NCBI GenBank assembly: GCA_051294905.1
Contig: CM119371.1
Location: 22,446,001-22,510,000 of the forward strand
Direction: 5' to 3'
Length of the DNA stretch: 64,000 nt
From: Botryllus schlosseri
Taxonomy: Eukaryota
Shown here piece by piece: positions 38,719 to 51,315 of this stretch (position 1 is the first letter of the stretch; every line of letters starts with the position of its first letter). Position numbers and translations under genes: made by a program. The notes under the pieces were generated by a model. It was not told the DNA's origin, did no database searches, and saw nothing but the letters and a program-made list of their open reading frames with translations.

Positions 38719-39694
38719 GCTTACAGTGTTATGATACCGTTAACTAACAGATAAACGCCCGACAGCTGGTTAACAATAGTGTCACCACAAAGACATACTG
38801 AAATGGAGTCTAATTTGTCGATTTGCTATCAGAACACTACCGGGGTGCAAACTAGTACTGTACAACTATAGGTAATCGAATTCTAGTATAATTAGTGAAA
38901 TGTAATATATTTAGTAAAATAATTAGTGAAACTTCAATTCTAATTTAACTTTCTAGTTTGTCCTAAAATGGTACAGGACAATGGAGTATTTTCCGGAAAT
39001 ACGCAAAGAGACGCTTTGGAGTACAGAACCTCATAATATATTCTTATTTATTCGCGAAGCTTTTCGGCTGACACTCCTCAGGGGATACCGTCACCAACGA
39101 TGCGAGCATTCAGAAAACTATGTCCAACAACAATAAGCGTTACTAATTATGACGTCACACACGGTAAAATACAAAATTCCAAAAAACGAGAGAACTATAG
39201 CGCAGGCACGGAGAGAACGAAACGAAACAAGTTAGTGTGCGATTTATCAATGATACGTGAATTCTTTCTGTTGGCATATACTAGGTTGACGCATAATGAC
39301 GATGGTGGACTGAAGAACAGATAAATGGAATAAATTACGACCCTGTCCCACTATAGAGAACATGTCCTCATTATAATTGACAGCGCACGTTAGTTTTTCC
39401 AGCAAATGATCACCGATGGAAGACTTTGGACCGGTAGCCTGGTTGTCTTCGAGAGCAAACGGATTACTTAGCTGTTACTTGGAAATGTTCGATTTGATAG
39501 ACGGTGGAATGTGATCTTCAATACGTTCCTGCAACCGTTTGGAAGTTATCCCTACGTACCGACGATTACAGTGGCACTTGAATTGATAAATTACGTTACT
39601 TTGTTTTGATGCCGGGAGAGCGTTCTTTCGGGTTGCTGGAAACACTGGCAACTTAGTAAAGACAACATTGGTCTTTACTAGGGATGGTGTGAAC

Positions 39695-42063
39695 CAGACA
39701 TGGGGTAATCGCGATTAGTAATCGTAATCGATTACGACGATTACAGCATCTTCAAGTAATCGTAATCGCAATCGATTACATTCGAAAAAAATCCGAAGTA
39801 ATCGTAATCGTAATCGACTACTTCCCATATCTAATCGATTTCTTTGTGAAAGAACGATTACTTTTTATTTGTACAAGGACTATGTCATAAACTGAACATT
39901 CGCGAACAAGGAAGATGTCTTATACCTGGTTCATGATAACACTAACGTCTGATTTTTAAATGCCATTGCTCATTATTACGTCAGAGGTATAGCCTATTAG
40001 CTTTGCTAGTTATTGCGTAAGAAGTATCCACAGTAAATAGATATTCGATGTACGTCACGTGCATTCGTGCGATTGTAAGAACACCCGCCGTGCTGTATAT
40101 CAGGTTATCAACCCGTTCCACACGCCAGTACCCCGGAGCAGGACAATAATCACCACTCTGCCAAGTAACTTGTGTATTGATGGTTGGTTATGCAAACGCA
40201 GTTTGACCGTTGCTGCTTGGCGAGCAGTAGGCCTATGTAGTACGTAAGTACACCGGACAGAGATTTGAAATTTAGTACTAGTCTAATATAACATTACGGT
40301 TTCCACAACGAAGCAATCAACAGTTTTTTATATATATCACAACCGTGCCGTTTTTCGTAGCGGCAGCTTGCAGTACATTATCTGTATTAAGTTGAAGGCA
40401 GAATGTTATGTTCTCTTCATCTTATTCTCATATGACTCTACTCGAAACATTCGCTAATCGTTATTTCATAATTCTTTACTCAACATTGGGACCTGCCGCC
40501 ATAGCCATGGGCTTATATATCATGTTAGCGTGGGTTGTAGCTAGAATCAGGACCAAAACAGCTATTCGTCCCCCAGTCCAAACGTTAGTCTTTGGCCCCC
40601 ATAGGGTGATAATTTCAAGTTGAAGACTGAATTTCGTGAATAATATTGGTAATCGCATTACATTATTATTAATTTTATATTGATATTATTCCTCTCTCTC
40701 TGCCCCCGATGGTCAGATTTACCTGTAGAGCTGGGGGCATGTAATTCATAATTATAACGTCTGTTATCTTGTTATAATTACTTTAGTGTATGTTGTTAAT
40801 TCGTGATTTCCGGTATGTTATATAATCAAAAGATATTGTTGTATCTCTAACGTAGCAGACTAAAAGAAAAACTTTCGTGAGACGCACACACAAATTGTGA
40901 TGTCTTTAATCCTCTGTGGGTGTCCGGGTGGCATTTGCATTGTGGGCTCGGATTGGAAGGACTGGACTATTAGTCACGCCCACCCAGCGCGGCTATTGAC
41001 AATGGAACCATACCCTATGTTTCGGCCAAGGACTTTCTTTAGTAGCACACTTCGTGAAGTCGTGTGTTGGTCGAAATTGCATATGTCTTTTGGTGTGGCT
41101 TGGGACGGTATTGACTGGAACCTAAATGCCTATAGCTATAAATTAGGGTTTCATTTGAAACAAAAATAAATTTAAAGCGAGCACGTTTACAACATGCCCT
41201 TGTTTAAAACATGTTTTTTTTTTTTTTCAAGCCTTGACGTCACCAATGTGGATTGACATTGACAATTGAAAATATAGGTTAAATATAGCTCCTTTGACGA
41301 AATATCAGTACTATAACTGTTGAACCGACTATTTCGAGGGGTTCCAACCATATCTCATATCGATGTACGTCGGCCAAATCGGGTGGTAATTGTGGAAAGC
41401 ATTTAAACAATTATGGCATAATTTTACAACTTAAAAAACACAATTTAGTTTTTTTTTAAGCCTTTGTTTAAAACACTGCTTCAAACAAGTTATAAATAAT
41501 GTGTTTTAAACCACCATTAGTTTTAAATGCATGCCTAATATAGATTATGTATGATTTTTAGTTGAGGGGGAGACGTATGCATTCCAACATCAAGCTTATC
41601 TAGAGAGAATTTTCAAGTTAAATAAATCTTTCGAGAATACTCTATAATTTATGTTGGTTTACGAAATACTCTTGAGTCCCCTCCGAGCTCGCTCCCAACG
41701 CTATTGGGAAATTTAGGATGCGGCAGTCATGGACCTGGCAAGAATGCAATTGGTTGGGTGCGGTAAATCGTCCTCTATAAAAATAGGCAATGGGTACATT
41801 ATGACGCAACAAGCAAAAGACGCATATTTTTTAAAGAAAGTTTTGGCCTTTCAGCGCAATCCATATGTTGTCTTCCAATATAACTTCTAAAATGCAAAAT
41901 AGATGTAATCGTGAGTAATCGTGATTACTTTTCCAATGTAATCGTAATCGTAATCGACTACTTCCTGATTTTGCTGTAATCGTAATCGTAATCGTAATCG
42001 CGTCATTCGGAAGTAATCGTAATCGCAATCGATTACATTCATGAAGTAATCACCCCATGTCTG
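39695..42063. mobile_element. hAT-type element (CAGACATGGGGT TIR, GTAATC subterminal repeats)
   Basis: TIRs CAGACATGGGGT/ACCCCATGTCTG; perfect TSD GTGTGAAC taken from the host element's left end. Confidence 0.9.
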
Positions 42064-42231
42064 GTGTGAACCTCTGAAAGGTTCAGGTTCGTGTGAACGC
42101 GAACCTTTTTGATAGGTTCTGTGTGAACGCGAACCTTTTTGATAGGTTCTGTGTGAACACGAACGTGAACCTCATGACGTCATACTGCTAATTCCAGCCC
42201 TACATTTCAGTGAAAAGATATACATTTATAC

Positions 42232-42600
42232 GGGAAGCGATTGGCGCAGTTGGTTACGCACTGCAGTCACGACGCCAATGGATGGGGTGTCGAATCCCGG
42301 TTCTGACCAACATCTACGTGTCGGAGGTTTCTCTGGGCTCGTCATCCCACTGCTACGGTAGTGCGTTGAAAAGCCCTGACCGGAAGTGAGCCGTGCTACA
42401 AGTCGGCAGCTGAGACAACGCTGGGGGCGCGTGCTAGTGAGGGCGACTGAGGATTGACCGGGAGAAGAGAATGAAAGCCGTCCCCAAGATTACGAAAGAC
42501 AAAGACACTATGAACATTATCACAATTCATATCGTGGCAGCACATAGCTTGAAAAAGCGATAAGTGCCACTGTGTTGTACCAATAATAATAATAATAATA
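42232..42600 (+). mobile_element. tRNA-derived SINE
   Basis: A box TGGCGCAGTTGG, B-box-like GTGTCGAATCC, conserved body, (AAT)n tail. Confidence 0.75.
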
Positions 42601-44693
42601 TATATTTATATACACGATACCTGTAGCGAAGTCTCGGGCCACATAATGCCACAATGCTGAAGTACATACTGTCTTTTTACACATCGCCAAATGCATCAAC
42701 TGGAACAGTCAAATAATATTATAATTCCATGATAATCAATATCTTCCGTGGCTTTGCCAACAATTTTGACGAGGGCTTACAAGGGAATATAAGCTACACT
42801 CGAACGGTCTAGGCCAGACCGGACAATGCATTCGTCGTCTGAGTGTTGCTACGCTGATATTGAGCAGAGTGTGAAACGGGTGTTACCCCATTCACAAGTT
42901 ATACAGCAGTATAGCGAATACGCCAATCTCGTGGATTTAGTTCTTATGGTACAATAAACAAATGAAATCGAGATGGACCCAGTACGCTTGATAGATTTTT
43001 TACATCAGACAGCGATATCCATTTCATTGATTGGTTAAATAAGCATCATTCGCTAACTACCTACATGTAGCGTAGACCTTTGTCGTTCTTGATGCTGTGT
43101 GATTGCGGGTCAAGCTCACAGCAGAGAGTCAATAAATATTCAAAAAGAGAAAGCTGGATAATTTGAGCAAACTTTTGTAACAAAGCAGATAAAAATTTTC
43201 AGGTTGTCAAGGTGCATGCTCTTTTATTGTTGATTTTTTATGCTGCCATCGCCATGCATATAGTGACCCGCAGTTGAAATGTAATAAATTTCAACCAAAG
43301 ATGCTATAATTACGTGAAAATTGTAATAAATGAAAAAGGTTCACAGTGCAGAACCTACCAAGGTTCGTTTGTGAACGTGAACCTTTCAATTTCCGAGGTT
43401 CACACACAGAACGCGAACGTGAACCTCACGTTCACACCATCCCTAGACTCTTTACCATTGGATAACAATTAGGGACGGCTGAAGTTGGCTGTTTCTCAAA
43501 TGGATATGGAACCGGGCTAATCCAAGGTAGATAGATGTATAGATCCCTGCTTTCGCGAGAAACTTCCTCTGAAGATTCTTGTTGTTTGGTATCATTCCGA
43601 TGACGTAACCCTTGATTTATTATGCGCTTGATGATATACTCCGGGTATCCGTTTTCAAAGAAAATTTTGCGGATGTATTCAAGTTCTGAATTAAATTTAT
43701 CCTCAGAGCAACTCACTAGCGGCTGACGGACCTAAGTGCCGTTCAAATTCATTTTACGACCTTTTGAACTGAAACAGTTCCATCGAAGGTTGTGACCTGG
43801 GTTGAGAACGTAGGCTTCCTATAAACAGAGGTCAGGAATTCACCGGCTCCCTTTTCCACTAGAACTAGAACGTCAAGGAATGCCAGGCAGTTGTTAACTT
43901 CCTTTTCCGACGTGAATTGCAATGCCGGGCGCAATTTGTTCAAATTGTATACGAAACTGTCACAATTAGATTAATTACCGAAAATCACGAACGTGTCATC
44001 GACGTAGCGATGGTATAAGGCCGGTTTACTGCAAGAGGAGAAGAGCTGTTCATAGAGCCCCACACATATATTAGCTAAGATACGATAGGCCCCAATGGTG
44101 ATCCGATATAGCTACACCGTCAATATGTATATACATTGTATTGTTTGTAACTAAATTCAACGGGGAAAAAGCGTTTCTCAACAATTCAACATAGATAGCG
44201 CTCGAAAAAGTAGGGGTGAAGAGACACGCTTGGTGTACATACATTTACCATTCATGCTTATGATTGAATTCTGATTGATTCACTCATATCTACTCTTTGG
44301 CACTGCTTGCTTCTGAACTCTTCAAATCTTCCACTGCCAACAATAACTTCTTTGACCCCCTCTGGATGTAAATCCCTACCATATCTATCAGCTACTTGAC
44401 GTTTAGGTTGCCTCCATAGCAGATCTCAGTTCGAATGAAATAATAAACATATTTCATTTCACGATATCGCCTCATAATGAAGTAAACTTCTTTACAGGCT
44501 TATATCAGTCGATACCTTTGAGCCCACTATCCCAAATGTAGTACACACATTCGGATCAACTCTTACCAATGATGTGAGCCTAAAACATTCGAATGGAGAG
44601 TCTGCCTTCAGTAATTATATGCTACACGGTCATCACGCATCTTTTGCGTGTCCCAACTTACACCTGTTGTCAAATTACATCACGTTACTGGGA

Positions 44694-44870
44694 AGGGGAA
44701 TGGCGCAATGTGCTAAGCAAGACCGTCACGACACTAATGGTTGCTGGTTCGAGCTTTGGCTATGCTAATTTCTGTGTGTCAAAGGTTAATCTTAGCTCCT
44801 CATCTTGCATACGCGGTGTCGTGCGAAAAACCCAGATGGATCAAGCGAAGTCGAGCTTATAAAATCGACA
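44694..44870 (+). mobile_element. Degenerate tRNA-derived SINE fragment
   Basis: TGGCGCAATGTG...GTCACGACACTAATGG...GGTTCGAGC resembles the head of 42232-42600. Confidence 0.5.
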
Positions 44871-47800
44871 GTAATAGACACAGACGAGGACGCATGGAAG
44901 AGAGGAGAGTAAGTGCCTTATACACAGAGAGAGTTGAACCTTGACAATGATCAAAATCGCCTGATCGGCTTGCACCATTGTCTTACGAGAGGTAAACAAA
45001 GTTCAAGTTCTCTCGTTTTTGGGTGATATTTGAACCGCCACAGTCGGTGGTTCAAACCAAGGTCAACGCGAAAAATTGTTAAAATCTCGCATTTGCTCGC
45101 GGCGGAAATGGTCAGGCCGACAAGTAATTGATGTATAAAACGATTTAATGCGTTCTGGTGAAGAATATGATATAGGTATGTGTAATTCGGAAGCGGTGTA
45201 ATGCCGAATGTGATTCAAATATGTCGGCATAATATATGCATTGACTACCGGTAGGGTACAACAGAACCGATGATTTATATATCCCTAATCCTTTCAGTTA
45301 GCAGGTTTAGGATATATATTCAATATAGCCCGATATGACAGGATCGAAAAACTTTCGTCCAATGGAAAAATATATATTGGCGTCTCTTGTTGATAGCTTT
45401 GGCATAGTATTAAGGAGCGGAGAAAGAGTAAATGCACGGAAAGACGGCATTATACCAAGCTCTATCTGGAGGCGGCAGACCGACATCTTCAGAGGAGCCT
45501 TTGACAAGACTTATGGAATAATGCAGTCTGAAATTGAACAGAACGACAACCCATTCGACGATGATGACATTTTGGACAAGTCGTGCAATTCTAGTGTATC
45601 GGTTGAGATTGAAAGTACTGATAAATTATAGATTACTAACCTATGGGGTTATTAATCTATTGATAAATTCTCCCCGATCCAGACATCGAAATATATGTTT
45701 GCGCAAGTCGTCGCGACATCTTCGACTATGGATAAATCGAGGAGTGGTAGGTTTTTCTAGATGGCACAAAGCCGTACCAAATAACGAGCTGAAGTCTTGC
45801 TGTCCAGCAAAGCATAAACTTTTGCGATTTTGTTTTTAATATAGCAGCCCACAGCCTGTGTGTCGTAATCATGCTAGCCATTGTCTTTAACCTTCGTAAC
45901 AATCAGAAATTAGTTGAGAGTTGCGATGCAGGGTTAAAATTGAGCAGATGAACTTTCGGAGCGAGATCATTTGAACATTTCATGCGCGACAATGGTGCAA
46001 AGCGATCAACAATGATCTTGATCATTGATCACGGTAACGCAGGTCACGATCAGTTCTGGGCTGACAATGGTGCATAAGGCCCTAAGATGGTGAATGGACG
46101 CGTGACTTGAATTCGTCCGTAAAGCGTACGCAAAGATACATCGAACATTAACATTCAAGATCATGGCATATAGTTTAATCTCGTGAATGTTCAGAAATAT
46201 CAACGAGTAGGCCTATTGAAAGAGTCGACCCTAAACATAGCTGAAATTGTGTTTGTCTAATCTATATAATAGAAAAGCTTATTATTTTACAGCTTATTAG
46301 TTTACCAGCGTGGCTGGGAATAGGATGTTTAGTTATGGAGACAATAATCATCAATCCGTAGCGAGCTCGCTTGTGCACATGCACAATTGCACAGTCTGTG
46401 TAATCTACGCGCCGCTCTCTGTGGGTGTGGCGCGCGGTGAGGTTCAGGCTTGGTGAGGCATTGACCCATTTATATCATGATATGCAATCTTACTTTTTCA
46501 TATTTCATGAGCACACTCAGTAAGAATGCAATGTCGGTAATGTAATCCTAGTCTAATATGTAGAATGATGTTACGCTCTAATTTTAATTACAGTTTAATA
46601 TCTGGTTGTCCTGAAACAGCCACAGGAGAACTGTATCGTGCGACACGAGCCCCGCCTGCGCGGACATTTGCAATTCTTATGGTTAGGAGGATGAACTCTG
46701 ATTTGATGTAAACTGAACATGCTTTTTGTTGTACTCCATCTGGTTAGGAATTAAATTCAATTTCCAAGCTTTCGGAAATTCAGCAATTCTAATTGTAATT
46801 TAATTTGAAAAACAACTGCATGGGTAACTATAATTAAAGTTCTAATCTAATTTGGAAGAAACGCGTAGCCATATTTCTGAGTCAATTGTAATTTGGAAAA
46901 ACTGTGTAACAATAATTCCAATTCTAAACTCCTTCGGAAACGCTGAAGGTTTTCTATTCGTCAAACTCTATAGCCCGGCAAACCTTCTCTGTTGATATGT
47001 CTGGACGCCGAATAGTCCTGCATCTGTATCCCACGATACAAATTCAGCTTGCAGAGGGAAATAGTGTATCTTGTCAAGAAATGCGAAGTTACAAGCGCGT
47101 GCGTCTCACGAGATTTTATAGTTTGATATGATACGTGCGAACGATACCAACATCCTGCGAGTAGCAACCGTCTTTCCTATGGAGGTCCGAGATTATAACA
47201 TGCTTTCGCGGGCCCGCTCGAAGCTTATCAGCGAGAAACTAATGAATAAATAGTCTTATCCACGTGGCATGAACAGTGAACAATGAATATTTGAACAATG
47301 AACAATTAGCATAGCAAGAGCGACGTACATCGTGCAATGTAACCCTGTACAATCACATTCCCTTAATTTTCGAAGGCATCACCCCTAACATCTCTACCTG
47401 AGACTCTGATGGCATGGCCTGCGACAGCCGATACAAATAAATAAACAAGTCATGCGTTCACCGTTAACCATTCGGACTCGTTGGTAAATTGCGTAATGCT
47501 AGACTTAGTCCGTTACGGAAAGAGTAGGCCTGTGATGTAGGCGTTCAGAAACGCATGAACGGGAAACAATAAGACGAAAACAATGAGAAGGAACTGGCAC
47601 GTGTCGGTAGGTGAAATCCATATGTTGCTGCCCGGTAATCACCAGCGCTGAAGTATTTATTCAGTAGATTGTGCTTGTGTTTTGTTCGAATGTAAACATG
47701 CTTGACGATTGACGGATTGCATGCGAAATACTTTCTACAGCGGTCGATGCCAACCTGTTTTGGTGTGGGGACAGCATTTCAAATCTCAGAGTACCCACGG

Positions 47801-48062
47801 TGCCTCATGAGAATATTCAAATAGTTATAACGAATATTCAAATAGTTATAACGAATATTTTTAAGTATCTACCTCAGGATCAGGGATATCTAGAACGGGA
47901 CAACCCTGATCAGGATACCTCCATTCGGTTCATTCAAAACCATGCATTTATAGTATATACGTCTGAAGATTCTATGTCGGTTATCTTATCCTTGATATAC
48001 GCAGATTGGCGAGTACTATTCATTAAAACAAACATGTATCATTACGGCAACCTAATATTTAT

Positions 48063-48943
48063 TAGGGCAATTTTTTTTTGACATGTCAAAAAAAGTCAAA
48101 ATTAGGTCAAAATTGTAGCGTTAGGTCAAAATTTGTCAAAATTGTTTACAAAGTCAAACATTTTTTGACCTCTGCACTTTGTTTGTATCGTTGATTTTGC
48201 GCTGTCAGTGAACTTATCATTTGATATTTTACAGCTTGTAGCCTACTTTATAGGCCTACCGTTGTAAACGGACCATCGTCTGCTCATTGTGAATCATAAA
48301 TGGTCAAATGGAACAAATAGTGACATGGTTTTATGGTCAACGTACCGCAATATCCTAGCTGAAGCAAGACTGCTTGGACATTGCATGGTTCTTATATCAA
48401 GAAGCGCAAGCTGAAAAATTGTGATATAGACAACATTGTCAGAATGAAGCAACACGGTTTGTCACCAGCAGTGTGCACACAACTTGAGTGTTGTCAGCCA
48501 ACAAATGCTGCTGCTGAACGTTCTTTCTCCGTTCTTGGCAAGCTACGTAGTAAGGACAGACACTTTCTACCCGAGAATTTAGGAAAGGATCTTTCGTTGT
48601 ACTACAACAAATTTTAATTATTTCCACCAGAATACGTAATGTAACTACTGGAATTCTTCATAGGGCCAGATTTCGTTAAAATACTAGTTTTTCATGTAAA
48701 AATCTGTCAGTTTTTGAGCTAAAAACGTTTTTTCAGGCCAATCTACTTTGTAAGGACAAACAGTTCCAACCAGAAATGAAGATAAGTAGTGCAATTTTAA
48801 CATTATATGCAAAAACACCTAATTTGCATACGTGAGGTCAAAATCTGGTCAAATTTCAATTTTTTTAGGTCAAAAAAGATCAAAATTTAGATTTTTTAGG
48901 TCAAAAACCTCCTGTTTTTTAGGTCAAAAAAAAAATTGCCCTA
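48063..48943 (+). mobile_element. hAT deletion derivative with transposase C-terminal remnant
   Basis: TIRs TAGGGCAATTTTTTTT/AAAAAAAATTGCCCTA, GGTCAAAA repeats, TSD ATATTTAT/ATAATTAT. ORF 48381-48617 contains CQPTNAAAERSFSVL. Confidence 0.8.
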
Positions 48944-50355
48944 ATAATTATATATATATATGTTGTTCTTTGATACTCTTCAATCTTCATACATACAATT
49001 TCATAACCGCAAGGTTGTTGGAGAATATACGGTGAATTATATATGACTTGCTGCGATTTCTACTGGACTACCAGCCATTATGTTGATGTTATTAAAATTT
49101 TATGGGCATGTGCTCTCAATAGAAACAGTGTATTAAGATCTAACAACTGAAAAACTCAAGATATACCCTGATGTGACTGGGTTTCATCCATGCGTTTGCC
49201 GCTAGTCTGGATAGATTCTCCGCCCGGTTTTCGGAGGCGGCCTTGAGTAGCTTAGACGTAGTTAATCGCCGATATTTTAGCATGGATATACAGAAGCTGG
49301 TGACTTCTATTTATGGAAACCAGCTACAACTCTCTATGATTGTCTATCATGTTTTTGTGGAATGTTCAGGAGGAAATTAGATTCGCAAGAAGGGTAGCTT
49401 GGAGCCGCTGTTGGGAATCACTGGCTTACAGTCATGGTCTCTCGTACTTGATAGGGTGTCGCGTTTTCTGTAAATCATACTGATCACATGGTAATAGTAG
49501 TTATTATTGAATGATCAGGGCTAAATTGTGATGTCTGTATGCTCCGTTGGGGTTGTCTGTGCCATTTTGCGGATAACTAGTTTTACTAGACTCACTCGGT
49601 TTGATTGCATCGCTTTAAAACAAGTGCATTAACAGTGTGAGCAGTGAACTCTGAACAGTTGGCATGTAATAATTCAATCACGTATTTCGGAATACCATAT
49701 ACCAATGCTCGTCAAGCTATATGTATTTTCTTACGATGAGCCGCTAAAATTGTGACGAACTCATCCACCCTCAAGCATTCAATAGAGGTGATATCGTGCG
49801 CTAACCTTGCCAAAACAGTAACCAGTCCAGCACAAGCTCACCCCGGCATGAATATTGCTATAAAAATATGTAGTTAATGGAAAACGAGCTGGAAATTGAA
49901 TTCATTCTGGACAACATACCTGACTGCAAGCCTATGTAAAATCAAAGCACGATATTTCGTTGGCTGCGCGTGCCAAAACTACCGGCATACACACAGATCA
50001 CAATCATATATTTTATCAGGGTCTCGAACACTGTTGGCTCTCATCGTTCACTACCTCAACAATGCGAAGCTTCGGTATTCAATATATTATAAAACTAGTA
50101 TCCACCCGGAGAATCAGAGTGAAGGAAAGGGACCGAATCTTGCAGAATCATGTAGAATCCCATTCATTTTGCTAAATCCTCGCATTACGGCACACGTTCA
50201 CGGATTCGTAACTCTCCTGAATTCTATAAAAAAAAAACTACTTTTTGCTCGAAGATCATCGACTTCCCAATCGCTGGATTGATCAAACCACGTAAATCAA
50301 AGATCTAATTACCTAAGTTGTCAGTCTCCAATGTGCTTGGTTTGTGATGTAGCCC

Positions 50356-50952
50356 CAGGGTTGTAACCAAGTCACAAGGCTCCGAGTCACAAGTCAATCT
50401 CACTTTTATAGTTTTGACTCGAGTCAAGTGGAGTCATTTTCAGTTCACCACCGAGTCAAGTCCGAGTCCAAGTCAGCGATCAGAGGCTCGAGTCCGAGTC
50501 ATGATATTATGACTCGAGTCGAGTCCAAGTCATTGTGTTGACTGACCAGTTTCCAGTTTAGAGTCTTGTTAAATACACATTTTATAACGCTATTTGGTGA
50601 TATCGGATGGTTCACATTTATAATATACTAATTTTCCTCAATTTTAGCAGTTTCTGGTCGTATTGTCAAGTACCGGTACCAATAGAGGAAATCCTAATAG
50701 TGTGGTTACTTTACTATTCTTCGAAATGACAATGAAATGTCTGTCTTGGGCGTCTGAGTATCGAGTAATATGACTTGGTTCGAGTCATGCGCAATGACTC
50801 GAGTCCAAGTCGAGTCAATACACAAATTGACTCGAGTCGAGTCGAGTCATTTCCGCATTTTGAGAAAATGACTCGAGTCAAGTCGAGTCATCATAAAATC
50901 GTGACTCGAGTCAGACTCGAGTCGAGTCATGACTCGAGTCATTACAACCCTG
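50356..50952. mobile_element. hAT-type MITE with GAGTC subterminal repeats
   Basis: TIRs CAGGGTTGTAA/TTACAACCCTG; TSD TGTAGCCC/CGTAGCCC. The interior matches a decayed copy at about 27485-27800. Confidence 0.85.
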
Positions 50953-51243
50953 CGTAGCCCACACTTATATGCTTTTGATAGCGGTGATGTGTACACTAGT
51001 TGATGAGCGGTGCCAATTAAATTCCGGGATCTGAATGACGCGTTATCTTTAACAACAGTGTAGTTATATTTCATTTGGGGTAGTCATATGGAAAGACCTG
51101 ATCGAATTCGAATTGGCTCGATCGAATTGTTTTGAATAACCATCGATATATTATCGACAGAAAGTGTAATTTTGGCACTCTATAGTTTGAAATGTTATCA
51201 TTTCGACAGCTGTGGTCATAGGTGGGATGGCCCCTCGAGTTGC

Positions 51244-51315
51244 CCTGTGATCGTATAGTGGTTAGTACCTCACGTTGTGGCCGTGATAACCCAGGTTCAA
51301 ATCCTGTTCACAGCA
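51244..51315 (+). pseudogene. tRNA-His(GUG) copy 6, probably defective
   Basis: G1>C, T-loop TTCAAAT and a T-stem mismatch (CCTGT); anticodon arm intact; T5 downstream. Confidence 0.75.

Larger units (their letters stand above)
39679..43445. mobile_element. hAT-type element (TAGGGATGGTGTGAAC TIR, GTGAAC repeats)
   Basis: TIRs TAGGGATGGTGTGAAC/GTTCACACCATCCCTA; flanks GTCTTTAC / GACTCTTTAC. A related end lies at about 52600-52699. Confidence 0.78.
39290..44210 (-). mobile_element. Decayed Penelope-like retroelement split by a 3.8-kb nested insertion
   Basis: RT motifs at 43446-44210 (YHRYVDDTFVIF, LAFLDVLV, TSVYRKPTF, NGYP). GIY-YIG motif at about 39490-39600 (NVIYQFKCHCNRRYVGITSKRLQERIEDH). 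Confidence 0.82.

Noticed and set aside
42232..42305. Possible additional tRNA gene
   Set aside because: The acceptor stem does not pair, and the sequence continues into a repeated body and an (AAT)n tail, so it is a SINE head.
45335..45631. ORF starting MTGSKNFRPMEKYILASLV, faintly like a Myb/SANT-like Harbinger accessory protein
   Set aside because: The similarity is limited to a few residues and no transposase or TIRs could be identified, so it is not supportable without an HMM search.
47811..47857. 21-bp tandem duplication (similar 29-bp duplication at about 42090-42160)
   Set aside because: Ordinary local slippage duplication with no further structure.
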